From contig NC_068984.1 of assembly GCF_001194135.2 (NCBI RefSeq), positions 34,134,271 through 34,198,270 on the forward strand: a stretch of DNA of 64,000 nucleotides, in the 5' to 3' direction. The notes under the pieces were generated by a model. The model ran no database searches and had not been told where the DNA came from. It was given only the letters and a program-made list of their open reading frames with translations. The translations under genes were made by a program, and so were the position numbers. Each line of letters opens with the position of its first letter. The first letter of the stretch is position 1. This DNA comes from Octopus bimaculoides. Taxonomy: Eukaryota. Shown here one piece after another: positions 1-11,030 of this stretch.

Positions 1-52
1 AAGGTAACATATTATGATACCAATTGCTTGAATAATTGAAGTAGAGTATTAC

Positions 53-202
53 CTTGTCCTCCACCTGGTAGCCAAACTTCATTCATGGGCGTAGTGACTC
101 TATTTCGTGGTGGTGTTTGATTACTGTGTGATAGCAATGGAGGATTGCCACCATTTTGTTTATCTGGTTTACTAGGTGGTCTGATTCTGTTGCCATTATG
201 CT
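53..202 (-). CDS. Probable next exon of the same Ig gene (Pro/Asn/Gly-rich stalk)
   Basis: Acceptor ttttctattttcAG (204-203); donor CAAG|GTAATA (52-47). 150 bp, open, phase 1-1. G from the Ig exon plus AG gives E-HNGNRIRPPSKPDKQNGGNPPLLSHSNQTPPRNRVTTPMNEVWLPGGGQ. No homology confirmation possible. Confidence 0.55.
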
Positions 203-244
203 CTGAAAATAGAAAATAATAATAATAATAATAATAATACACAA

Positions 245-900
245 TCAGCCGAAACGTGTTAACAACAAACAAGATGAGGTCAAATATCTGTCAAATGTAA
301 ATAATGTAAATAATGCACATAATTCCTTATCTCTTAAATATAGAACTGCGTTATTTGAGAATGTATTACATGCAATGTGATTGGACCTTCAATCCAATTC
401 CCAGACAGTACTCAAGCAATCACAACACTGGACTCAACAAATGTCCAGACACTCACATGATAGGTATGTTGACCTATCACTACAGATTAACATACTGAGC
501 TTATATAAACCTAATGTCTTCAATATGCCACAATAGAAATCAGTCTCACAACAAACTTATTACACAAAAAGTATTAAAAATTACATGTGCAAAACTCTTT
601 AACACCAGAAATGAACAGACAAGTACCCTACGAAAATGATGACCATCAAAATAAAGGACTGGATATTATTCTTCATGTCCTGCAAAATCAAAAAAGTGTA
701 TAAATGGACATGAGAGGAATATATTTCTATCCTATACTCATCTCTCACTCCAGTGCTCTACCCACAGAATAAAAACACAACACATACATGTAGGAGATCA
801 TTTTCTGAAAGAAAAATTACTTAGATTCGGATATATTGATGACCCTAACAAACAAGCCAACATAAGAAGATACATTTTCAAAACAAAAAAAGAATCAGAA
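245..900 (+). mobile_element. Possible decayed Penelope-like element
   Basis: gccgaaacgtg followed by tgtaaataatgtaaataatg. Broken peptides SHSSALPTE*KHNTY and LKEKLLRFGY resemble the Penelope RT thumb region. Highly degenerate. Confidence 0.3.
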
Positions 901-2734
901 ATTGAAATAGAGCACTTAAAAGAAAAAATACATCAATACAAATAGTGACCATGCAAGAATGCCAAATAATAACATAAGTATAAAGATAGACATAACATGT
1001 GCAACAAAAGCAAAGTGAGTAATGAAGCACAACAAACCCAAACTGTAGGAATGCTTAATGATGAGCAAAATGCACCAAACCAGAGCACCACAGACAAAAA
1101 CATAAGCAGGAAGGAATGCAGAACAAGCCTAAAATCTGGAAACAGTGAAGGCAGAAACCATGATTATGGTACTCTAACAATGAATATAATGAAGGAATTA
1201 AAAGCCAGAGATCTTAGTATGGACTGCCAATTGTACCTCCCAAAAATTAAAGTTGATAATAAGACAGCAACAATAATATATATAATACAAATCAGGCTGT
1301 CACAGAACTAATAGAAACAAAAACAAATGTTAATACGACCTGGTTAACTGAAATAATATATGCAGTAGCATTTGTGGCCACAAAAGAATTTCAGCTGGTA
1401 ACTAGATTTGAACTCAGAATGTAAAATGACATGACTAAACAGCACATGGAATTTGGTGCCACACTTTATCAATTCAACCATAATAATAGCAATGAAAAGA
1501 AACAAAAATGATTGACGTATTTGAAGATAAGTGTTTGTTGATTGACAAAAGTGGTATTGTAGGGTGTGTGTTGATGCTGTTCATGCTAAGTAGCTGTGGT
1601 GGTGTTGGCTAGTAGTGGGTGTAGGTGCTTGACCCCAATAATATTAGAAGAGAACTTATAGTAGAAATCCTGTTACTTCTTCAGTCTCAAGTAGCTACCC
1701 CACCATACTACTAGCTGTAGAGATCTCTTTTTGATCTACATATAGCATTCAGAATTACGTATCTGATTTGTCGGGTGTGTCCTCTCTTAGATGCTTGAAA
1801 ATAATTGCTACTTGTTTTAAGCAGTGGATTGATAAGTGGAGCAAAGCAGATCTATGATCTGGAATAATACAGACTGAATAAGCAGCAGCATATCAACAGA
1901 AGTGGAGTTTGTAAACTGTGATTGTATCTAAGTGTAATAATATTCGGAGAGTAGCTATTGAATATGAAAGACTGACAATAATGCTTTGGTATGAGTGACT
2001 GGTTTAGTGAGTGTATGGGTGTTAGTGTGTAAGTATATCTTGCATTTTTGTGTCTATGTATATATAACGTCATTGTGTGGGTTATACACATATGTGAATT
2101 TGTAGGTGTGAGAATGATTATGTTAAAAACAATTAATATGTAATATTTATATGTATTTCATATTTATACTTCATTACATTTACTATGCATATACATAAAA
2201 CAGATCATACATACTAATATGTATGTGCATATACATTGGTATGTATGTATATGCATCAATACAGAGATTGCCATGCCCAATAGCACAATTCTGTATATAA
2301 TCTTTCTAATAATTACATAAAATTGAGTTAAACAAATAAATAACTGAATGTGTGTGTGTGTGCGCGCGTGTGTGTGTGTGTNNNNNNNNNNGTGTGTGTG
2401 TGTGCGCGCGTGTGTGTGTGTGTGTTTGTGTGTGTGCATGTGTGCATGTGTCTGTGTGTGTCTGTGTGTCTGTGAATACATCATTTAATATACACATTAT
2501 AAAGATACAAGCTGTTAATAGTTTCCTGGGTTGGAGACGTGTCTAGGTAGGTTTTTATAGCAGTCTTTGTGTCTTCAAGGAATTTTCAGGCCCTGAGCAC
2601 ATAGTCTATCCTATTTGAAAAACAGGACATTAATACAACAGAAATTGTGAGGAAAAGACAGGAAGAAGGTTGAAGCAAAACGTGGATGGGTGAATTAGAA
2701 AAAAGATTAGTTACATTTCTTTTGATCATAAAAG

Positions 2735-3185
2735 CCATAAGAAGAAGGCCAAAAGAAATTTGTCCATATGCTTGCATTTGCTAATAGTATGGGATCTGTG
2801 ATTTAGTAGTGTAGTGAAATGTATAGATCTAAAAAGAATGTGTGATCTTTCAGTTATGCATAAGTTGTATTTCTTAGATCCATTAACATAAAGCATGAAT
2901 TTCTCTATGATTCTCTACTTGATTGTATACAGCTGGAAATTGGTCTTCATACCCTATATGTGGCTAGCCAACTTAGGTGTCTTATTTTTGTTGATATGTT
3001 GGAAAGAAAATTGGTGGTGTGCACATTTTTTGAAATAATCTTCACTTAAACCAGTGTAAGTTTTCTTTTCAGTTAGATTATCATGAAGCATTGCTGTAAC
3101 TTCTGCCTCATAGACAACAGAGTTTGTCATACACAACAGGTCAAGTGGGCAAGCTTCGGTGTCTCAGTAATTACAACTGGGGGTA
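2735..3185 (-). mobile_element. Penelope-like element, GIY-YIG endonuclease and C-terminus (pseudogenised)
   Basis: Minus frame reads CNY*DTEACPLDLLCMTNSVVYEAEV...KKTYTGLSEDYFKK...KLASHI*GMK...YTIK*RII...YNLCITER...LLNHRSHTISKCKHMDKFLL. This follows the Penelope pattern CNC..CPL.G.C...VY...YIG...SKHIW...CNLC..E...LLN.RSE...CRH..KF. Stops fall at expected Trp/Arg codons. Confidence 0.82.
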
Positions 3186-3244
3186 GGATCTTGGTGCTGC
3201 TTATGAGTTATAATGATCTTCATACTAGGGCAGCCACATGATTG

Positions 3245-3462
3245 ATACCAAGCCTGTTTGACTGGCTCCTGTGCAGGTGGTATGTAAAAAGCACTGACTA
3301 TGCTCTCGGAGTGGTTGGCATTAGGAAGAGCATCCAGCTGTAGAAACATTGCCGGAGCAGATTGGAGCCTGGTGCAGCCGCTGGCTCTCTAGACCTCAGT
3401 CAAACCATCCAACCCATGCCAGCATGGAAAACAGATGTTAAACGATGATGATGATGATGATG
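3245..3462 (+). mobile_element. 5'-truncated RTE LINE 3' tail
   Basis: gagtggttggcattaggaagagcatccagctgtagaa ... ccatgccagcatgg ... aaac(gat)n; same tail recurs more than 10 times in the window. Confidence 0.8.
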
Positions 3463-3599
3463 TCTGTTAAAAAGCTTCTTGTATCGTTTACTGGGAAATG
3501 CATAGTTAAAAGAGATAGGAATTTCTTGCTTACATTAAATTTAATATATAAAGAGAAGTGAGGGAGTGCACCATATTATTTTCCTAGAAGTAGTTGTCT

Positions 3600-4125
3600 G
3601 AAAATGTCATCATGCTATTTTCCACATATGAGACATGACGTTGTAGCTAGGACACTGTATAATGAATCAGAAGGATGACCCTGAGGACAGAGAAATAAGA
3701 ATCCATAGTAGGGTGGAAGCCATAGCTAATCATAATAAAAAGAAGTACTGGTGGAATGTCCCAGTGAAACCTCAATAAAATGTAAGCACAGCAGACCTGA
3801 TATAATGATTTGGGATAGAGAAGAGAGACTGTACAGTTGTGGAAATTAGCAGCCCAGCAGATGTTAACATAATGCTGAAGATGATGGAAAAAGAGAATAC
3901 CAACACTGAACTATTGATAAATCTGCAGTTACTCTGTCCAGATAACAGGTTCAGGTTTATACCTGTAATTATTGGGGCTCTAGGATATGTAACACACTGC
4001 CTAAATATGAGAAATTAGGCTTCTCAAAATCAGAACGGAGAAAGCTTATTCGAAGACTACAGATCCAATCCATCACTGGAACTGTAAAAACCTGTAAAAC
4101 TTTCCAGAAGTTTAGCACTGAGATA
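3600..4125 (+). mobile_element. Non-LTR retrotransposon remnant with restriction-like endonuclease (R4/Dong-like)
   Basis: With frameshifts reads ..RHDVVARTLYNE..KYWWNVPVK/SIKCKHSRPDIMIWDREER/TVVEISSPADVNI...FIPVIIGALGYV...LGFS...LQIQSITGTVKTCKTF. RPD...VE is the PD-(D/E)xK-type RLE core. Clade call is inference. Confidence 0.8.
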
Positions 4126-4401
4126 TATATGAGCATGTCTAGATATGCAACTATATGCATGAGAATACATACATAAAGCAAAACATACAAATTTGCACAT
4201 ATACATACATGCATACACATATATACATACATACGTGCCTGCATGCATGCATACACACATACAAACAAAAATACCCTGTATTTGATGTCGAAATTCCAAT
4301 GGAATCTAGGTTAGAGACCAGTTCTTTCTCTATTGGCAAGAAAACTTGAAATAAAACTGAAACATGGCATACATACATACATAAATATAGATATAGATAT
4401 A

Positions 4402-4873
4402 AGCGCTGGCATGGCTGTGTGGTAAGAGGTTTGTTTCATAACAACATGGTTCAGAGTTTGGTCCTACTGCGTAGCACTTTGGGCAAGTGTTTTCTACTAT
4501 AGCCTCAAGCTGACCAAAGACATGTGAGTGGATTCAGTAGAAAGAAACTGAAAGAAGCCCATTGTATATGTATTGTGTATGTGTGTGTGTGTGTGTGTGT
4601 ATGGGTGTGCGTGCGTGTGTGCGAGTGTATGTATGTGCGTGTGTGCATGCATGTGTGTGTATGAGTCTTTGAATCTGTGTTTGTCACCACTGCTTGACAA
4701 CCAGTGTTGATATATTTACAACGTCATAACTTAGCAGTTTGACAAAATTGATTGATACATTACATATCAGGTTTTACACAAAGTAACAAGTACTGAGCTT
4801 GATTCCTTCTACTAAAATTATTCAAAGTGGTCCCCCAGTATGGCCACAGTCTAATTACTGAAACTAGTAAAAG
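4402..4873 (+). mobile_element. tRNA-headed SINE family A (internal GT microsatellite, agagtaaa-type tail)
   Basis: Head ..tggctgtgtggtaag..; body gggcaagtgt..tactatagcc..gagtggatt..gaaactgaaagaagccc; (GT)n; tail ..atggccacagtc..gaaactagtaaaaga. About 12 homologous copies in the window. Confidence 0.85.
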
Positions 4874-4991
<118 letters not shown>

Positions 4992-4999
4992 GTATATAT

Positions 5000-5581
5000 C
5001 ATCATCATCGTTTAACGTCTGCTTTCCATGCTAGCATGGGTTGGACGATTTACCTGAGGACGGGTGAACCAGATGGCTATGCTAGGCTCCAGTCTGATTT
5101 GGCAGAGTTTCTACAGTTGGATGCCCTTCCTAACACCAACCACTCCGAGAGTGTAGTGGGTGCTTTTACGTGCCATCGGCACGAAGGCCAGTCAGGCGGT
5201 ACTGGCAATGGCCACACTCAAAATGGTGTATTTTATGTGCCACCTGCACAGGAGCCAGTCCGGCGGCACTGGCAATGACCTCACTTGAATGTCTTTTCAC
5301 ATGCCACTGGCACAAGTGCCAGGAAGGCTGGTAACGATTGCACTCAAATGATGCTATTTACGTGACACTTGCATGGAAGCCAGACAGCTGCTCTGGCATT
5401 GATCATGCTCAGACGGTACTCTTAGCGCTCCACTGGTACAGCTGCCATCATGATTTCGCTTTCACTTGCCGCAACAGGTCTTCACAAGCCGAGTTTAGTG
5501 TCCAATAAAGCAGACATTAGCATGGGTGCCAGTAGTCAAATTTAGTTTGATTTCAATTTCCCTTGCCTCAACAGGTTTTCG

Positions 5582-5584
<3 letters not shown>
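5000..5584 (-). mobile_element. RTE LINE 3' UTR with modular repeat array, inserted in (AT)n
   Basis: (cat)n tail, CCATGCTAGCATGG palindrome (5026-5039), ggatgcccttcctaa motif, repeated gtgcca/ctggcaa modules; (AT)n on both sides. Confidence 0.85.
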
Positions 5585-5618
<34 letters not shown>

Positions 5619-6584
5619 ATACTTCTTTTAGGCTACTATTACTTTTAAATGGTTATATTACCACATATGTACATAGGCTACAAGGAAGAAAAATATCTCC
5701 AAATCAGTGAAGAATACAGTGTCATTAATTTAATCTACCGTAAAAAAAATTTTTTTTAATAAGGAAAAAATCCCTGCAACAAAAAATTCATCTGTTAATC
5801 CTTTGTTCTGGTTAGAAAATACAGGTGAAAATATCAACAGAGGGCTTACATATATACATATATATATTTTTTTTCAATTTCTCAAATATGTTTCAGTTAT
5901 CTCTGTATTTCCACAGCAAAGCACTACTTTGATAAAACATAATATTTTACATTTTTTGTGTTTGAAATAATTTCCCTAATGGCCCACAAAATCTCTGCCA
6001 CTAGCAGTATGTTAAGTCCTTAGGCAAAAGACATCCGTTTACATACTCCAATCTAATTGAAAATTTTGTAACTCTCCCAGGGTATGATTAAGTCTATAAG
6101 TAACATAAACAGCACTTTTTGTTTTTGTTACTGGTAAAATATCTCTAGAAATAAATGTGGAAAAGCCTTCTATGTTGTATCGTCATAGAAAAAGCATGTA
6201 ATATATTTGTAATTTTTTAAAAGAACATTTTTTATCAACTTTAATATATGGATATAAGTTCAACTTCATGCTAAAACATTGATTTACCAAAGTAAATGTG
6301 AATCAGCTGATTCTATTTTAAAATTTAACATTTTACTGACTGACTAGGACGTAGCATCTGAGATAAGCTTCTACATTTACAAGCTCATGACAGATATGAA
6401 AGATTTTTCTGTAAGAAATTACAGTAAAAATTCTTCCAATGTTATTAAATCTTTGGTCTGATCACAATCTTCAAATTTTCAGATTGTCAGAAGGCTTCCC
6501 GGAATGATTGATCACATCTACTAATGTGTGTGTATGTGCGTATTCATTTATAAGTGTGCATGTGTGTGTGCACATACATAGAAT

Positions 6585-6662
6585 GTGCATATATATATTA
6601 TATATATATGTTTATATATCATATATACCATATATATATATATATATTTATAGTATATTATA

Positions 6663-6711
<49 letters not shown>

Positions 6712-6852
6712 ATCAATCATAGACATGAGCTTTTAGATAAAATAATTTCATACATATTTCGTGTAGTCTTTTCATATTTGCATATCTATCCATCTACTTA
6801 TATACAATTATCTTTCTGTTTCTATCTGTCAGTCTGTCTGTGTATCTCTATC

Positions 6853-6887
<35 letters not shown>

Positions 6888-6981
6888 TATATATACATAT
6901 ATAGTATATATATATATATATATATATATACTATATATACATGCTTACACACATATGTGTGTGCGTATATATATATTTATA

Positions 6982-7016
<35 letters not shown>

Positions 7017-7085
7017 ATATATGCATGCATACATACATATGTATGTATGCATATATGTATGTATGTTTGCATGTACATATATATG
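6585..7085. repeat. (AT)n/(GTAT)n compound microsatellite
   Basis: Direct; source of the Y/I-rich ORFs. Confidence 0.95.
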
Positions 7086-7800
7086 TATCAGTTTACACAA
7101 ACCAACATATTTATAATTTTAGGATTTTCGTGTATGTTTTTCAATTCTATTAAATTATCGACAAATGATCTTTTCCCCTTTATTTTTTAATACATTAAAA
7201 CCTAAAATGGATCAGCTAAATTCTGATATCAATTGACATCATATATTTGAAGACTAGTTCTATGTTTACATTCTATGCTCAACTTGTCACATATTTTCAC
7301 AGTTATTTCATATTTTCCTACGTTTTACTTTTCATGGCTGCATTCTTAATACATGGTGCTTTGCAAATTTAAAGATTTAACACTCTCTTGCAACTATAAT
7401 TTATGGTGATTTTTCTTTTTTATCAACCTTTTATGAAAATCTATATGTTTCCATATAACTACAGGTCTACCACTACATATATGAACTACTCTACATTTTG
7501 CTCACTCTGTTAGATCTAACTCTCCCTCAAATCACATGGTGCCATTTCTAAATCATGGCTAGGTACAGTGGATAATGTGTTCCTACATACAATATCTCTG
7601 TCTAAAAAGAAAAGTTATAAAAATAAGAGAGTTTTTTTTATTGTTGGAACACCTTTGATCACAGGTCTGCTTAGTCAGAACAGACCAAGAGGTAAACAAC
7701 TGCAACATTGTTCATGCTGAGTCTAATTTTTTCCTGATTTTTTTGGTTTCGTCATCTCCAAATCTCTAACTCTTTAGCAATCAGATTACTCTGTCAAATC

Positions 7801-8387
7801 AGTGGAGGCACAATGGCCGGTGGTTAGGGCAGCAGACTCGCGGTCATAGGATCGTGGTTTCGATTCCCAGACCGGGCGTTGTGAGTGTTTATTGAGCGAA
7901 AACACCTAAAAACCTCCACGAGGCTCCAGCAGGAGATGGTGGCGAACCCTGCTGTACTCTTTCACCACAACTTTCTCTCACTCTTACTTCCTGTTTCTGT
8001 TGTGCCTGTAATTCAAATGGTCAACCTTGTCACACTGTGTCACACTGAATATCCTCAAGAACTACATTAAGGGNNNNNNNNNNGTGAGTGTTTATTGAGC
8101 GAAAACACCTAAAAACCTCCACGAGGCTCCAGCAGGAGATGGTGGCGAACCCTGCTGTACTCTTTCACCACAACTTTCTCTCACTCTTACTTCCTGTTTC
8201 TGTTGTGCCTGTAATTCAAATGGTCAACCTTGTCACACTGTGTCACACTGAATATCCTCAAGAACTACATTAAGGGTACACGTGTCTGTGGAGTGCTCAG
8301 CCACTTGCATGTTAATTTCATGAGCAGGTTGTTCCGTGGATCGGATCAAATGGAACCCTCGACATCGTAAACAACGGAGTGCCAACA
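7801..8387 (+). mobile_element. tRNA-derived SINE family C, full length, 13-bp TSD
   Basis: A box TGGCCGGTGG, B box GGTTTCGATTCC, tail ..acggagtgccaaca. TSD actctgtcaaatc at 7788-7800 and 8388-8400. Contains a 203-bp assembly overlap across the 10-N gap. Confidence 0.9.
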
Positions 8388-8789
8388 ACTCTGTCAAATC
8401 TAATACGGAATTAATAATACAGTATCTCATGGCTTCAAGATTTTAATGTGATTGTTTATTTCTGCAATAACATTGTCGGGTAGGTGTGACAGGCTGGCTC
8501 TGGCCAGTTTTAAGATAAAACACAAAATATTTGGGACAGGTGTGACTGGTTTAAATGCTAAAATGCTAATACCTCATATAATCTTAGTGTTGATGAATCA
8601 CAACAGCTCTGCTTCACTTTGACTGCATCTTTTTAACTCTTGGTAACATAAAAACAAGGATGTGTAGTTGCTCTTGTAAATGATCTGAAAGATTACATAA
8701 CTATACTAACTAGCAATATGCAGTGCACATTTTATCCTCTCTGACCTACATGTTCGAACCCTTTCCCATAAACGTGTTGCAGCTTCACG

Positions 8790-9150
8790 TTCCTGGCACT
8801 TGTGCTGGTGGCACGTGAAAAGTCATTCGAGCGAGATCGTTGCCAGTGCCGCTGGACTGGTTCCTGTGCAGTTGGCAAGTAAAATACACAATTTTGAGCA
8901 TGGCCGTTGCCAGTACCGCCTGACTGGCCTTCGTGCCAGTGGCACGTAAAAGCACCCATTACAATCTCGAAGTGGTTGGCATTAGGAAGGGCATCCAGCT
9001 GTAGAAACTCTGCCAGATCAAATTGGAACCTGGTGTAGCCATTCCTAATACCAACCACTTTTTGGTGTATAGTGGGTGCTTTTACACATCACCAGCATGG
9101 AAGCTTTTACATGGCACCTGTACAGGTGCTTTTTATGTGGCACTAGCACC
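8790..9150. mobile_element. Two tail-less RTE 3' UTR pieces fused head-on at about 9041
   Basis: Sense piece to 9040, then antisense piece; agtggttggcattaggaa (8971-8988) vs ttcctaataccaaccact (9042-9059). Confidence 0.75.
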
Positions 9151-9257
9151 AACAAGCTCATAAGATTGTAGGAATATGTAGAACAAGCCCACAAGATTGT
9201 GGGTGTATGTGTAACAAGCCCACAAGATTGTGGGAGTATGTGGAACAAGCCCACAAG
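9151..9257. repeat. 31-bp minisatellite, 3.5 units
   Basis: Units start at 9151, 9182, 9213, 9244; consensus aacaagcccacaagattgtgggwgtatgtgk. Confidence 0.9.
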
Positions 9258-9796
9258 CCTGCAAGTCCACAGCAGATGGATGCAGAGGACATGCCTGTAT
9301 GCCCAGACAACCAGAGTTCTCACTTCAGTGTCTCTGAGAAAAAAGATTGGAATGAATTTGACCATAAGACTACTCATGTAGAGAAGACCTGGTGCTAAAC
9401 AATAAAACAAATATTAATCAGTCAACCATCAGCATCTGTAAAATACTACTGTGCTATTTTGATGTTGGTCAAACCAGTTAGTTTCTTAAGAAATGGATAA
9501 CCAATATAACAATTATTACCTTGTCAATTTTAATAGAATTAATCACTTATCTGCTAACTAATATCTAGCTTTACTTAGATGAAAATCTAGCATAATTTAT
9601 CTGTATTGCATTAGGCTAAATAAAAACTATATATGTAAAATATATTATGTTACATATGTGTGTGGGGTTGTGTGCATGTATATCTGCAAGTGTATAGCCA
9701 ATCACTGGCTTCCTGGCTACTACGGTGTATGTTATGCATATATGTATCTGTGTACATTTGTCTTTGTAAAAATATGGATATTCCTCCCTCTCTCTC

Positions 9797-9841
<45 letters not shown>

Positions 9842-10758
9842 TCACTCACTCTCTCTCATCTTTCTGTTTCTCTTGTACTATCTATCTTACTCTGTTGCTC
9901 TCTCTCTCTCTCTCTCTCTTTCTCTTTCTCTCTCTCACTTTCATTTTCTTTCAGTCGTTTTAACATACATTTATGTGTGCAAACATTCATGTAAACGAAC
10001 AAGATCAGTCATTTATCCTGAAAAACAAATGTATAAAAGATATTTTAAAAAACATCGAAATATTTTAGAGTGAGCTGACACACAACTCCACAGCTTAGGT
10101 TTAGTAAAAGCTGTCTGTGAGAAGAAAATGCAAACTGCAGAATCTTCAAGCTGATCTGATGTCAGAAAGTGTAGCTGTTTGACAACACTTATCATTTTCC
10201 TTGATGTTTACATGCGATTTAATCAATAGGACAAAAAAAAATCATTATTTGAAATAAGAAATAAGGAATGTAAATGAAAACAGAACTGAAGGAAATATCA
10301 AAATACATGTTAGCATTTTTTTTTTTACATGTATTACATATCCTTGTAAGCAGGGTTGTTGTCAATAATTTTAAAGATTATATGTATGTGTGTAATGTGT
10401 GTGTGTGTTGTGTGTTTGTGTGTGTGTGTGTGCATGTGAATGTGTGTGTATATATACATATATTTATAGAGAGAGAAAGAGTTATTATGAGGATATTTAG
10501 ACATCCTATAGGGATATTTTCATCCAAGATACACTGGTTTAATATATTATAAATTTGAAGAGATATTTCTTCAATGAATATATTATAAAATATAAAATAT
10601 AAAATATTATTATTAAGTTTGAAAATGGAGAGAGTCAATGGATATAAATTAATTGATTAATTAATTATCATTGTTACCTACAATTGTTTCATTTCACATC
10701 TAATTTAAATTGCAAAAGATACATAACTATATATGTGCATTTTAAAATAACTTGTGTA

Positions 10759-10871
10759 GAAAATCTTCAGGGCATGAAAAAGGACAATAACTCCAGTTGA
10801 CTCTATTGGAATATTTCAACTGATCAAAATATAATTTCTGTATTGTCCTTTTTCATGCCCTGAAGATTTTC
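10759..10871. repeat. Perfect 31-bp inverted repeat with 51-bp spacer (hairpin/MITE-like)
   Basis: gaaaatcttcagggcatgaaaaaggacaata (10759-10789) is the exact reverse complement of 10841-10871. Confidence 0.9.
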
Positions 10872-10924
10872 CACTCAAGATATTTTGAAATGCAAACTTA
10901 TATATTTATATATGTTTTGTATTG

Positions 10925-11030
10925 ATTCCCAAACCAGCTGTACATTGTGTTCTTGAACAAAACACTTCATTTCACATTGCTCCCGTCCACTCAGCTGTAA
11001 ATAGGTAACTGTCTGATGGAGAATCTGATC
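10925..11030 (+). mobile_element. SINE family E core fragment
   Basis: ttgtgttcttgaacaaaacacttcatttcacattgctcc..cactcagctg; homologous to 63080-63288 (minus). Confidence 0.55.

Noticed and set aside
7882-8275. Tandem 203-bp duplication and twin 61-aa ORFs
   Set aside because: Identical copies flank a 10-N gap and the second family C copy lacks the duplication, so it is a contig overlap artefact.
9151-9257. CRISPR-like palindromic repeats
   Set aside because: Units are contiguous with no unique spacers, no cas genes, eukaryotic context.
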